Notes: a model not told the origin generated them from the sequence alone. DNA of 64,000 bases from an uncultured Methanosarcinaceae archaeon (GCA_963721455.1 CAVRJG010000053.1:171001-235000); one strand, 5' to 3'. Positions 1 to 11,003 are shown, counted from the stretch's first letter. Numbers and translations: made by a program.

Positions 1-1404
1 AGGAATCATGCAGATAACATATCCTCCCCTAAAAGCATAAGCGCCCTGCCCGAAAGTTTCCCCATGAAATGTTTTAAGGAAAAGCTGAAGCTGCTCTCTT
101 CCAAACAGGCTTTCCTGAAGCTTCGAAGCTTCCTCTTCCACAAACTCCCGCCCTTCAAGCCTGCCTGAAGCTGCATATGCTCCTGCACACCTGACTCCGA
201 ACCCCAGGGCTTCAAGCTTTTCTCCAGCTATCTTTTGCAGGATTGAGCTTTCCATATCTTCCAAATCCCCTGAGACCCGGAGATCTATAGAGCTTTCAGA
301 GTTCGGTTTAGAATCAGGTTTAGATTCCGGTTTAGAATCAGGTTTAGATTCCGGTTTAGATGATTAATCCGGTTTAAACACGGTCAGCGCAAATTCCCTT
401 GTATGGATAAGGAGCTTTTTGAGCCCGTACCGCGAAGCAAGCCTGCATGCCGCGTTTCCTGCAGCTTCCGCTTCCATGCGCAGAAGGCCTTCTGCAGGAA
501 TTCCGTGTAAATGATGAAGCATTGCGAGTTCGTCTTCGTTCATTCCCATGCTGTCGGAAATAGCTGCAAAATCCAGGAAGACCGAATTTGCAATCTCTTT
601 GCTTGCAAAGTGCCCGAATTCCAGGTGAACCTGAAGTTTATCGTTTGCGGCTTTCCAGCGCCTGAGCTGGGAAAGGGAATTTTCAAGGACCGTTTTATAG
701 CTGCTGCCGTCAGGATAGCTCTCAAGCAGAAGATGAAAACCCGATATGAGCACACCATCAATCTCGCAGGCATGCTGAAGGGCGTACCGCTCAAATGCAG
801 GATTGACAAAGAGCCTGAGGTTTAAATGGTCGCAGGTTGCTATGAAGCGGTTTTCCCTGGGAACTCTGATCTCTGTCCCGTACAGGGAAAAAGTATCCCC
901 CTCGGAAAAATCAAATACGAAATGTATAGGTTCCTGGCTGCCGGAAACGGTGCCCTTATTTTTTTCAGGTTCAGCCCCTGCATTTTCCGTTATCTGCATG
1001 GGAGCGCCTGGGAAGTAGATTGCTTTTTCTGAGAACAAAGAAAGTTGAGTTTTCGAGGGCACTGCAACATTCGGAATTACCCTGGAAGCCCCTAGCTGGG
1101 AAAGGGCATTTGCCATTATTCCGGCGTTTCCGCCCATTCTTACGAGGGATTTTTCAAAATAACGGGTTTTAAGAAATTCGAAAACGGACTGCTCAAAAAC
1201 AAGCCACTCGGCTCCGCACCCGTTTTTCATGCAATAGGCAAGTCCTGCCACAAAATCAGATTCTGAAAGTATTTTTCCGGGGGGATTTTCTATTTTTTCA
1301 AGGATTTCAGCTGTCTCGAAGGTTTCCAGCAGTTCCGAAACCTCGGCTCCGCTGACCCTGTATACAGAGTCTATGTTGACATTATATCCGCAAAGTATAT
1401 TCAT
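1..1404 (-). pseudogene. ADP-dependent glucokinase/phosphofructokinase family protein with internal TAA; runs off the window edge
   Basis: Starts MNILCGYNVNID and has RMGGNAGIMAN and GMNEDEL motifs. After TAA at 364-366 the same frame stays open to position 1 (SSKPESKPD...LEALGFGVRCAGAYAASGRL...GGYVICMIP). Confidence 0.85.
305..378. repeat. 12-bp tandem repeat encoding an SKPE/SKPD linker
   Basis: Alternating ggtttagaatca and ggtttagattcc units. Confidence 0.85.
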
Positions 1405-1460
1405 CTGACCAGTTCCTGTATCCATGGAATGAGAAGCCTCAAGATCAAATGAGAGAGAAT

Positions 1461-2937
1461 TTATTCTCCTGCCCGATTCTGCTTCATTCTCGCAAGCATG
1501 GCTGCGAAAGCTCCTGCCGAGATTGCATCCCCTATCCCGACTGTAGCTTTGGGCTTATCGACCACTTTGGAAGGAATAAGAACTGCATCATGGTCCGGCC
1601 CGTAGAGATATCCGTATTCGAACTCTTCAGGAGTACAGAGCTTTCTCCCTGTGCAGTAGAGCTGGAAGTTTTCCAGGTCTTCGAGTCCTTTACTTGAAAC
1701 AGGAACCTCCAGCCCGGCTTCTGCTTCCGCAAGGTTCTCGATTTTTCCGTTGAGGGCTTTGGCAGCGGCCAGGGTTGAAGAAAATAGCAGGGAGTCCCTG
1801 TGTTCCTTAAGCGTAAGAGGGTGGCCTTTTGCCAGGATACAGATGTAAAAACCAAGAGAATGCACATGGACTCTTTCAAGCGAGAGGTCCTTTAAAAGCT
1901 GGACAGCTCCCTGGTAAAGAGACATTATCCCGTTTTCTTCTTTCCTGATTACGGAATAAGAGAGCTCCTCATGTCCCAGTACATTCAGGGCATTTGCAAC
2001 CTCCACGGTATCAAGGCCCAGGGAATGGACATGTTTGGCAACAATTTCTGTCAGGATAGCCTTTCGTATAAGCCGGTTCTGGATGGATGTGAGTTCCACA
2101 TGGATGCGGAGTTCAGGATTTAAGGATTTTAGTTTCTCAATAACTTTTACGGAGTTTGCAACATGGTCATTATATGTAGATCCGTCCTCGTATTGCTCCT
2201 TTATCATCTGGTAACCTGAAAGCATTGCCCCGTCAATCGGGAGAAGCGAGTCAAGTTGTTCGTAGACTTCCCTGTCCATATCCAGACGGAGCCATTTAGG
2301 GCGGGAGGAAATTATCAGGCGGTTATCTCTCGGCACCTTGAATTTGTTTCCATTGCAGGTTACTTCCAGGTCTTTGGAATACTCAAGGATCCAGTTGACT
2401 TTTGACTCGATTCCGGGTTTGAAGGCTCTCCTGCGGGCGCTTCAGAATGACCTTTCCGGCTTCCACCTTCGGGTGCAGAAGATTGTCAGAAGCTACAAAA
2501 TACTCTGCCTGTTCTTCAGAAAGCCAGGGAATATATGCCACTACCTTTTTAAGTCCCAGGCGGGCAAGAAGGTTAGAAATGATCCCTGCCTGGCCGCCCA
2601 TATGCGCATAGTCGAAACCCAGGTTCTCTTTTAGCCATTCATGGGTATCTGAGGTATGGGTAGGGATTTCGGCAGCTTTTCCCTCTCGCATTGAAATAAG
2701 CAGGCGAGCCATGAAATCCAGAGGGTCCTTTATTTCCCTCGGATATGTTTCAATCCTCCCTTGAATTTCAGCCTCGTTAAAAAGTCCTATAAGCCTGGAC
2801 AGGTCTTTGTCTGTAAGGTGCTTGATAGCATCGATATTGCTGTTATAAGCTACAAACATACCTTCCAGATAGGGGAGGGCTTCTTTTACATTGTAAAAAG
2901 CATCGGTGTGGCGCTGTTCCCATTCTTGTATATCCAC
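1461..2937 (-). pseudogene. pfkC: ADP-specific phosphofructokinase, frameshifted near 2425-2430
   Basis: N-half (AYNSNIDAIK, MGGQAGIISN) and C-half (PKATVGIGDAIS) are in different frames. Removing one base gives ...RPQEAFKPGIESKVNWILEY...KVPRDNR. Confidence 0.85.
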
Positions 2938-3158
2938 TTAATAAACCCCCTGGAAATATATATCTGAATCAAAAAATAATTATCAGAAATTAGGGGAAAA
3001 TCCGGGTTTTGATTTTCCCGGAGTTATCTTGCTTATGTTCCCTCTATTTTCTTTTAAGTTCATTTTATTTAGCTTTGTTCAAATGCAGCCTGAAGTGAAG
3101 CTAGCCTGTATCTGATATCAAGGTGTGCGAATCCTGAATTAAGAGATATAAGCCCGCA

Positions 3159-4346
3159 TTAAGTCGTATACTCGGCATTGATCCTGACGTAGTCATAAGT
3201 CAGGTCGCAACCCCACGCAGTTGCCTTTTCCTCCCCCATGTCAAGGTCAAGGGTAATGACGATTTCCTCATTTGCCATGATCTTTTTCAGAAGCGCAAGG
3301 TCAGAAGAACCGGAAATCTCGCCGGATTTTACAAGTTTGACCTCTTCTCCTCCTCCTGAAAAAGAAAGAGAAAGCCTTTCCTGCTCAAGTTCTGCACCTG
3401 AGTAACCTGCAGCAGCTACGACCCTGCCCCAGTTGGGGTCCTTTCCGAAGATTGCGGACTTGACCAGAGGAGAACGCACAATAGCTTTTGCAGCAAGCCT
3501 TGCATCCCCATATGTTTTTGCGCCCACTACCCTTGCTTCGATAAGTTTTGTAGCCCCTTCTCCATCTTTCGCCATTTTCTTTGCAAGGTCCGTAAGTACG
3601 TAAATCAGCCCTTCCTCAAAATCATCCAGGCAATCCATGCAGGGCTTGACTCCTGACTTGCAGGTGGAGGTGAGAAGTACCATGTCGTTCGTGCTTGTGT
3701 CCCCGTCCACCACAACCATATTGAAAGTTTTATCCACTGCTATTCTGAGAGCCGCATCCAGGACATCTGCAGGCACTTTTGCGTCGGTATATGCAAAACA
3801 CAGCATAGTTCCCATATTTGGCTCGATCATCCCTGAACCTTTAGCAATTGCACCTATCCTGATCCCGCAGTCCATCTCAATAGCTACTTCTTTTACGGCC
3901 TTATCAGTGGTCATGATCGCCTTTGCAGCTTCGTGGCTGCACTCAGGGGAACTGCCCAGCCCTTCAAGGACTTCAGGAAGGTGTTCCCTGATCCAGGAGA
4001 CATCAAGCCTTCTGCCAATTACTCCTGTTGAGGCAACAGCAACAGTATCAGCATCAAGGTCAAGCTTTTCGGCAAGCATTGATGCCATCTCCATAGCATC
4101 AAGAAAACCGTCATCCCCTGTAAAGGCATTGGCATTGCCACTGTTTGCGATTACAGCCGAAAGATGGTGCTGGGTTTCGATCACTTCTTTGCTCAGGGTA
4201 ATCGGGGCTGCAGTCACCTTGTTCTTCGTAAAGACGCCTGCCGCAGGACCTTTCGCAAGAATGACCGTGATTCCCATTTTTCCAGCCTTAATCCCGTTTG
4301 CGGATACACCCCTTACCGCACAGATTCCACCTTCAATTTGCTTCAT
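3159..4346 (-). CDS. argJ: Ornithine acetyltransferase/N-acetylglutamate synthase
   Basis: NSGNANAFTG, KGSGMIEPNMGTML, DGDTSTND, DGEGATK motifs. Confidence 0.97.
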   Translation of the reverse strand: MKQIEGGICAVRGVSANGIKAGKMGITVILAKGPAAGVFTKNKVTAAPITLSKEVIETQHHLSAVIANSGNANAFTGDDGFLDAMEMASMLAEKLDLDADTVAVASTGVIGRRLDVSWIREHLPEVLEGLGSSPECSHEAAKAIMTTDKAVKEVAIEMDCGIRIGAIAKGSGMIEPNMGTMLCFAYTDAKVPADVLDAALRIAVDKTFNMVVVDGDTSTNDMVLLTSTCKSGVKPCMDCLDDFEEGLIYVLTDLAKKMAKDGEGATKLIEARVVGAKTYGDARLAAKAIVRSPLVKSAIFGKDPNWGRVVAAAGYSGAELEQERLSLSFSGGGEEVKLVKSGEISGSSDLALLKKIMANEEIVITLDLDMGEEKATAWGCDLTYDYVRINAEYTT

Positions 4347-4364
4347 GAAAACTCTCCTTTTCCT

Positions 4365-4829
4365 TCAGAGCTTTGCAAGACCCTCAATAATATCGCCGCG
4401 AGTAACAATTCCTACAACGTGGTTGTTTTCAGTTACAGGAAGCCTGTTAATCCTGTGCCTGATCATATGCTCGGAGGCTTCTTCTACGGATGCTTCGGAA
4501 GGGATCGTGTGCACATCCTCTGTCATGATCTCTTTTATCCTTGTAGAACCCACATCAGAAAGCATCTTCTTTGTATCCTCCCAGCCAAGGAGTTCCCTGA
4601 TAGGAACTTCTATAACCTCAAAGGGGCTTGGAAGCCAGAGTTCCCCTTTTTCGGGGAGTATCAGCAGTTTCAGCAGATCCGCTTCACTTATTATTCCCAC
4701 AAGCTCTTCGCCTTCAAGAACAGGAGCACCACTGATACTGTTTTCCTTTAAGATTTTTGCAGCTTCCCGGACTGTATCGTCAGGCTTGCAGAAAACAACG
4801 TTAGGGTTCATGACATCTTTTACTTTCAT
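4365..4829 (-). CDS. CBS domain protein
   Basis: Tandem CBS motifs (VKDVM..., ISGAPV, INRLPV, GIVTRGD). Confidence 0.92.
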   Translation of the reverse strand: MKVKDVMNPNVVFCKPDDTVREAAKILKENSISGAPVLEGEELVGIISEADLLKLLILPEKGELWLPSPFEVIEVPIRELLGWEDTKKMLSDVGSTRIKEIMTEDVHTIPSEASVEEASEHMIRHRINRLPVTENNHVVGIVTRGDIIEGLAKL

Positions 4830-4903
4830 CTGACTACCCCTTGAGATAAATTTTATTCTTTACTTTAATCCGTCACCAGTTATATGTTCTCGCCTATCCA
4901 GGT

Positions 4904-5920
4904 TTAAGGAGCTGCCGCAGGCAGCCAGAGCCCAAGTGTTTCATCCAGCCCGAACATGAGGTTCATATTCTGGATAGCCTGTCCTGATGCACCTTTTACC
5001 AGGTTATCGATTGCCGAGAGCACTACAACCCTGTTATTTTCTTTATCCGCTTCAAAGCTTATGTCGCAGAAGTTAGAGCCCCTGACTGCGGTAAGGGAAG
5101 GAACTCCTGAAGAAGGAAACCTGATAAACGGCCTGTCCCTGTAAAAGTCTTCATAAATAGTCTTTAAGTCGTCTGTGGAAAGAGGCTCCTTTGTAAAGAG
5201 GTGAGCCGTTGTAAAGATGCCCCTGATAGAAGGGATCACGTGAGGAGTAAAATTGATGTTTCGAAGCTTTCCGTCCAGCCTCGTCAGCTCCTGGATGATT
5301 TCAGCCCTGTGCCTGTGGGATGTGAGCTTGTACGGGAGGATATTTTCCGCAAGGTTCGGGTAATGGGAACTCTCAGTAGGTGAGATGCCAGCCCCTGAAA
5401 TCCCGGTTTTGGAGTCAAAAATCGCAATGTCGATAATCCCTGCTGCTGCAAGGGGAGCTGCTGCAAGGATTGCACCGGTAGGAAAGCATCCGGGGTTTGC
5501 TACAAGGTCCTCTTCTGCAGCTTCCGGGTGAAGCTCTACAAGCCCGTAAGCTGCATCCCTTGGATCGCTGTGTTTCATCCCATAAATTTTTTCAAACTCT
5601 GACGTTTCAAGCCTGTAGTCCGCGCTAAGATCGATGACCTTCGTGCTGCCGTCAAGCAGTTCAGGGACATAATTCATGGCAGATCCGTGCGGCACTGCTA
5701 GAAAAACCACGTCACAGCGCTCCCTGATATCTTCAACATCAGGATTCCCATATTTGAGGTCCAGAAAACCTTCAAGATGCCTGTGAGTGCTTGTTACGGG
5801 CTTCCCTGCAAGATTTCGGGAGGTTGCCAGCTCCAGCTTAACATTTGGGTGGTTCACGAGCAAGCGCAGGAGTTCTCCTCCTGTGTATCCTGAAGCTCCT
5901 ATTATTCCAGCCTTGATCAT
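4904..5920 (-). CDS. argC: N-acetyl-gamma-glutamyl-phosphate reductase
   Basis: GASGYTGGEL, ANPGCFPT, DNLVKGASGQAIQNMN motifs. Confidence 0.97.
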   Translation of the reverse strand: MIKAGIIGASGYTGGELLRLLVNHPNVKLELATSRNLAGKPVTSTHRHLEGFLDLKYGNPDVEDIRERCDVVFLAVPHGSAMNYVPELLDGSTKVIDLSADYRLETSEFEKIYGMKHSDPRDAAYGLVELHPEAAEEDLVANPGCFPTGAILAAAPLAAAGIIDIAIFDSKTGISGAGISPTESSHYPNLAENILPYKLTSHRHRAEIIQELTRLDGKLRNINFTPHVIPSIRGIFTTAHLFTKEPLSTDDLKTIYEDFYRDRPFIRFPSSGVPSLTAVRGSNFCDISFEADKENNRVVVLSAIDNLVKGASGQAIQNMNLMFGLDETLGLWLPAAAP

Positions 5921-6669
5921 AAATATTCACTGCCTGTGTAATATCAATACAAGATAATTAAATTTGTTATAGGAAAATTAAATGAAAATTTATCCAGTCT
6001 CTGATCCATAGCTATGAAATATTCCCGGAAAAATGATTCAGTCAATATAACCATTCATCCTTTATCCTCCAATCTGTTTTTGCAATTACAGCTTCGGACG
6101 TAAATATTTACATTTAATTCACTCAAGATTCTATAACCACAGTCAGCAGAGATGACCTGTGCCCTTATATCCTTTATTCTGTATCTTCCGTTTTATTGCA
6201 ATTCATCTTTTTGTTTGAGATTGACGAAGGAAATCAGGTAATTACCGGAGAAAGCGATTTTCATAACCAGTAAATTCTACGGGAATCTCATGTCAGGAAA
6301 CAGGTCAATGCAGGTAGCCCGCTTTAATTGGGAAGCGGAAATTTGCTTTTCAGGCTTCAATAAACACGCTGAGAAGTCACTGAACACCTGGAGTATCTCA
6401 TTAACCGGAACCCGACCTTTTCATCCGGGAATTCCAGTATGGGAAAATTCTGTCTGTTACCTTACTCCCCAGGTTAAAGATCACATTTTTAATATTTAGA
6501 CAGTAGAAATTAAATTTTTAGATATATAAGTATATCCACACCGGCTTTACTCAGGCGCAGAGTGCTGGAAAAAGTTGCTGTTTACAGGTAAACTATTTCA
6601 CCTTTAGAACAGCTTTTACTGTAAGAAAATTTTATTAGGTATAACCTCTGAAGTGACAGGAAGAAAAAC

Positions 6670-7092
6670 ATGAACAAAAAAAAGATAATTTACCTTGCAG
6701 GCCCCCTTTTCACCCATGCGGAACTCGAATACAACCGTAAACTGAAGGATATGCTTCTCAAGAAAGGTTTTTCAGTCTTTTTGCCCCAGGAAGACGCAGA
6801 AGATGCCGCAGATGAGCGCGAAAAACAAAATCAGGAGTGCATTTTCAGGAAATGCGTTGAAGGTGTGGACAATTCGGATATTGTAGTTGCGGTTCTTGAC
6901 GGTGTGGATGTGGACTCAGGGACTGCCTGGGAGATCGGCTATGCCTACGCCAGAGGAAAACCCATCATAGGGCTTCGGACCGATTTCAGGTCCCTGTCGG
7001 ACGGGATAGTTAACCTGATGGTTGAGATGGCAATAGTCGCCCTTGCCAGAGATGAAGAAGAACTGCTCAAAATAATGGAAAAATACCGGTAA
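6670..7092 (+). CDS. Nucleoside 2-deoxyribosyltransferase family protein
   Basis: IYLAGPLF and DSGTAWEIGYAYA motifs. Confidence 0.92.
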   Translation: MNKKKIIYLAGPLFTHAELEYNRKLKDMLLKKGFSVFLPQEDAEDAADEREKQNQECIFRKCVEGVDNSDIVVAVLDGVDVDSGTAWEIGYAYARGKPIIGLRTDFRSLSDGIVNLMVEMAIVALARDEEELLKIMEKYR

Positions 7093-7185
7093 CTTTTGGT
7101 CTTTTATTCTGTTTTTCCAATCGCAGCTTACTCTTAAAGGGTAAGTTTCTAAGTTTCAAATAAAGAAAATGGAGGAAGTTGGCGC

Positions 7186-7232
7186 TTATATCCCCTAGGC
7201 TAAATACCTAGGGGTTTTACGCTTCTTTCTAT
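7186..7232. repeat. Hairpin resembling an IS200/IS605-type element end
   Basis: cccctagg-ctaaata-cctagggg followed by ttttacgcttctttctat. A related copy lies at about 27255. Confidence 0.55.
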
Positions 7233-7302
7233 CAAAAATCTTCCTGCCATTCACTTATACGAAAAAATGGGCTTTCGGACAATTAAAGACGTAAATTTTC
7301 AT

Positions 7303-7983
7303 TCAATCTGTAATCAATCTTTCATCCCTTACATCCGGTTCTGAACCTGAGCTAGGAGGGGTTAACCTTACAATCATCTCATTGTAGTCTTCGTCTCCTC
7401 CTTCATACCAGCCTTCTGCCATTATGAAATAGTTGGTTCCTAAGTTAGGAATATTTACTTTAGCAACTATTATATGCGGGATGTTGTCAGTGTTCAATCG
7501 CTTTTCGCTGAAATAAAGTCCTCCAATACTCCTGCTCCAGCTTACAGGCTCATTAAACGATATTCCAAAGTCGTCAGAGGTTTGAGGGTCCTGGTCTCTT
7601 GTATCAAAGGTTTTAGAAGAACCTACTTTATCGGGGCCATTAAACATCTCAAATAATGCACCACATCCATTTGGATGATCACCGGGGTAATAAAAGCTCA
7701 TCTCACTTTTATCTAAGTTACTGCTCTCCTCCATCAATATAGTTGCAGTATATTTTCCTCCTGGTATTATTTGTACATTCGATATCTGAGATGCACTTAA
7801 TTTGTATTCAGGAATGAAGTTACTTATCATCTGAACTTCATAATCAGAAACATCTGGTGTGTCGTCTACTGGAGTTAAAGGTGATGTTTGTGCTACAGAT
7901 CCTGGTATCGATACTATTGCAATCATGACAACGACTAGTGCCATGGCAATTGTACCGATTTTATTTATTTGTTTAATTTTCAT
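7303..7983 (-). CDS. Secreted hypothetical protein
   Basis: Basic N-terminus and hydrophobic signal peptide (MKIKQINKIGTIAMALVVVMIAIVSIPGSVA), acidic mature part. Confidence 0.75.
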   Translation of the reverse strand: MKIKQINKIGTIAMALVVVMIAIVSIPGSVAQTSPLTPVDDTPDVSDYEVQMISNFIPEYKLSASQISNVQIIPGGKYTATILMEESSNLDKSEMSFYYPGDHPNGCGALFEMFNGPDKVGSSKTFDTRDQDPQTSDDFGISFNEPVSWSRSIGGLYFSEKRLNTDNIPHIIVAKVNIPNLGTNYFIMAEGWYEGGDEDYNEMIVRLTPPSSGSEPDVRDERLITD

Positions 7984-8111
7984 ATTAGTTACCTCTGTAT
8001 CAATATATATTTTCGAGTTCATATTTACTTTTATATACTTGATTTAATTATATAGCGAATTTTTCCGAAATTCAGGTACATATGACCTTATATGCTAGTA
8101 CTATATCCCGT

Positions 8112-8221
8112 AGGACTTACCACTCTATGTATAAAATCAAGTACATTAAACATTATGGAATTATATTTTGGACATTTAACGGTTTAATGCTACCTTTTTT
8201 CAGTTCATAAACGTAAGTCCT
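8112..8221. mobile_element. MITE-like element with AGGACTTAC...GTAAGTCCT inverted ends
   Basis: Terminal inverted repeats 110 bp apart. The same termini occur at 42877-42985. Confidence 0.55.
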
Positions 8222-8473
8222 GCATAAGTCCCAATACTGACTTTTTACTATTATTCGGGGGATTTTGGATTCCAATCGCTTACTTCACATCCGATTGAAT
8301 TCCAAACATTACAACTTATTAACATACATATAATTTGTATGACCAAAGTATCTAACAATTAACACTTTAATCAACTTTATAAAAATGATGGCAGTGTACC
8401 GAAAGTCCTATAAAATAACAATTATCAAGAAGTTATTGTATAGAAAATTCAAAGGAGTGATAAAGTAATAGCA

Positions 8474-8790
8474 ATCGATGAGAATAAATTTGCTCAGTTA
8501 ATCTATGACACAATGGTGCAGGCATTTACAGCAAGCCCCTCAGGACTACTATCATGCAAGCCAGCCGTGGACCCAGAAGGATTTGTCCTCCTGATGTGGC
8601 CAGTTGAGCCTGTTGATGTAAGCCTTTTTGCAAACCCCTGGAATCCAAACAATCCCGAAGGGTCCAGGCCAAGCGTCGAAAACTTTGCTGACCTTGTGAA
8701 TACAGTTCCCAAAATGGGAGCCGTCTATGCAGACAGTACCCGGAATATGTATAATCTCTATGAACGCCTCTTAAAGGAAGAAGCAGTTGC
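8474..8790 (+). pseudogene. N-terminal fragment of an unidentified protein
   Basis: Protein-like frame (FANPWNPNNPEGSRPSVENFADLVN) after a GGAG site with ATA in place of a start; it degrades into AT-rich sequence. Confidence 0.4.
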
Positions 8791-8884
8791 TGTTGGCATT
8801 ACATTTTTTCTCCATATATTGTTTAAGATAATTTATATTTTATATAATTTTTAAAGTTGTCTTTGACTCTAATTATTAAAGACC

Positions 8885-9373
8885 TTGGTCAGAAGACTTA
8901 TATGTGGTCTGTCCTCATCTTTTTTGGGTGATATTATAACAACCGGGAATTCAGTAAACTCAGATAAAGAAGTTAATTCGACTTCCACCAAAAAAGAATA
9001 TATTGTTGAACCTTGGACAGATAATCCTCTTAGCACTTGTGTAAATAATTTAATACCTGCAAAGTCAATCAATTCCATCAAAAAAGGGCAGACCATAATT
9101 CATAGTGTGAACGTAGGTTCTGGGGCAAAATCTCTTGAAGTGGATTTGAACTGGGGAGATAAAAATGATGCGCTGAAACTTAGTAGCTATACCCCTTCAG
9201 CAAGCAATCTTGGAACCTACCGTGATAATTCTGACGGAAGTGTAAATGGTAGGATACACATTAGTATATCTCCATCTAATGGATATATGCAACAGGGAAC
9301 CTGGAAGTTCAAGGTATACGGAGAAAAGGTCAGCGGAGGAGAGGATTACACGTTTAATGTATATCAGCATTAA
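8885..9373 (+). CDS. Pre-peptidase C-terminal (PPC)-like domain protein, signal peptide degraded
   Basis: SLEVDLNWGD...GTWKFKVYGEKVSGGEDYTF, typical Methanosarcina PPC-like domain. Confidence 0.7.
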   Translation: MVRRLICGLSSSFLGDIITTGNSVNSDKEVNSTSTKKEYIVEPWTDNPLSTCVNNLIPAKSINSIKKGQTIIHSVNVGSGAKSLEVDLNWGDKNDALKLSSYTPSASNLGTYRDNSDGSVNGRIHISISPSNGYMQQGTWKFKVYGEKVSGGEDYTFNVYQH

Positions 9374-10133
9374 ACTTCGAAAAAAGCTTATCCTCTGTTT
9401 ATTATTTTTTCTGTTAACAACAACAGCCGTGGCTACAGAATATACTGTAAAGTCATTTCCAAGTGATCAAGCCGGAGCCTCAATTAACGGAGAAAAGGTG
9501 ATAAAGCTAGAAGACACCGTTATACCCTATTGGCAGTTTCTGTTATGGCTGGCCACAGTGTATGTCTCAACGGCAGTTGACTTACTTTACCCTAAAAAGC
9601 TAGTTTTAACAATAGCCGGATATCGGATTGTAAACCCTGGAAATGTACTTGACAACCCCAGCCGTTTTAGAGTATATGCCTATATCAAAACCAAACCTGG
9701 AGCATATATTAGTGAGATTGTAGAAAAAATAGGCTTAGACAGGGAAACAGTAAAATATCACGTAAAAACCCTTGAAGCTCAGAACAAAATCGAAGTCTAT
9801 AAAAAAGGTGGGAAGACAAGATTCTTCGAAAATAATTTTACTTATAGTCAAGAAGAAATGAAAGTTATTTCTGCTCTTCAAAACGTAACGAATCAAAGAA
9901 TAATTTCAGAAATACTTGCTGGTAAGTGTAATACAAATATAGCTCTTGCACGTGAACTTGGAGTTTCCAGGGCTACAGTCAGCTGGTATATGAAAAATCT
10001 CAGAGAAGTTGACCTTATAATGGAAACAAAAGAAGGAAGACAAACAATTTACAGAATAAATCATGTATATAAACTCCTTGTTGAAAAGTATATTCAGTAT
10101 TTACAGGATTCTTACAATAACAAGTGTATGTAA
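9357..10133 (+). CDS. Membrane-anchored winged helix-turn-helix regulator
   Basis: Signal peptide, one TM segment and two wHTH domains (YIKTKPGAYISEI; LARELGVSRATVSWY). Confidence 0.85.
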   Translation: MYISIKLRKKLILCLLFFLLTTTAVATEYTVKSFPSDQAGASINGEKVIKLEDTVIPYWQFLLWLATVYVSTAVDLLYPKKLVLTIAGYRIVNPGNVLDNPSRFRVYAYIKTKPGAYISEIVEKIGLDRETVKYHVKTLEAQNKIEVYKKGGKTRFFENNFTYSQEEMKVISALQNVTNQRIISEILAGKCNTNIALARELGVSRATVSWYMKNLREVDLIMETKEGRQTIYRINHVYKLLVEKYIQYLQDSYNNKCM

Positions 10134-10320
10134 AGTTATGCTTGTGCATACATCTTGGCAGTTGGCGGATTTTTCTGCAAAATCATAAATATCAATAAGT
10201 TCTCAGGTAGAAAATTTAAGTAAAAATCTCATCTTTTTATAATAATTTGAGAACTAAATACAAAACTTCTATTATACGAAAGTACAGTTTCTAAAAAATC
10301 TGCGTTCTGCTCAAGTGCAT

Positions 10321-10585
10321 TTGCGGTCCTTGACGGCGTGGACGTAGACTCGGGGAACTGCCTGGGAGATCGGCTATGCCTACGCAAAAGGAAAACCTGT
10401 CATAGGGCTTCGGACCGATTTCAGGTCCCTGTCGGACGGGATAGTTAACCTGATGATTGAGATGGCTATAGTCGCCCTTGCCAGAGATGAAGAAGAACTG
10501 CTCAAAATAAGGGAAAAAATATCGGTAACTTCTTGTCGGTTCTGGACCGTGTTTATCCACACGCAACTTATTCTTTGAGGTAATT
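10321..10585 (+). pseudogene. Degenerate duplicate of the 3' half and downstream region of the 2-deoxyribosyltransferase gene (copy of 6887-7146)
   Basis: Near-identical runs such as gggcttcggaccgatttcaggtccctgtcggacgggatagttaacctgatg, with small indels. Confidence 0.92.
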
Positions 10586-10832
10586 TAATTTCTTTACGGA
10601 TATGCTTATAATTTAATTTTAAGTGATATAGCCTGTTAACTGGGTTATAAAAATAGCATTTATGTTTGTAAAGTTTTTAAAACTTCTTTTTTTAATTGAA
10701 TGTATAATTATATCTCAATAGAGATAAGTCTGAGAACATATTCAATTACAGAAGCCATAATATGTAATGATTATTAAGTAAAAAAATATTGATATGGAAT
10801 GCCAGACATAATAACTAGTGGAGGTTAAAAAA

Positions 10833-11003
10833 ATGACCTTTTTGAAAGGATACAATTTTACGAAAGTGAAAACTTCACACGGGCCTGACATGTACGTATC
10901 CAGATATGGGAAACTGGTAAGAGTCGTTCCATGCAGTCCCAATGTGAAGTTATCCGAAAGATACACCAGCGACTTGATCCGCCAGATCGAGTCCATGGAA
11001 TAA
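10833..11003 (+). CDS. Small hypothetical protein (56 aa)
   Basis: GGAGG RBS at 10820, ATG at 10833, T-rich terminator-like tract after the stop. Confidence 0.65.
   Translation: MTFLKGYNFTKVKTSHGPDMYVSRYGKLVRVVPCSPNVKLSERYTSDLIRQIESME

Noticed and set aside
3637-4833. 398-aa plus-strand ORF and many other overlapping ORFs
   Set aside because: Antisense shadows of argJ/CBS and other recognisable genes, with no motifs.
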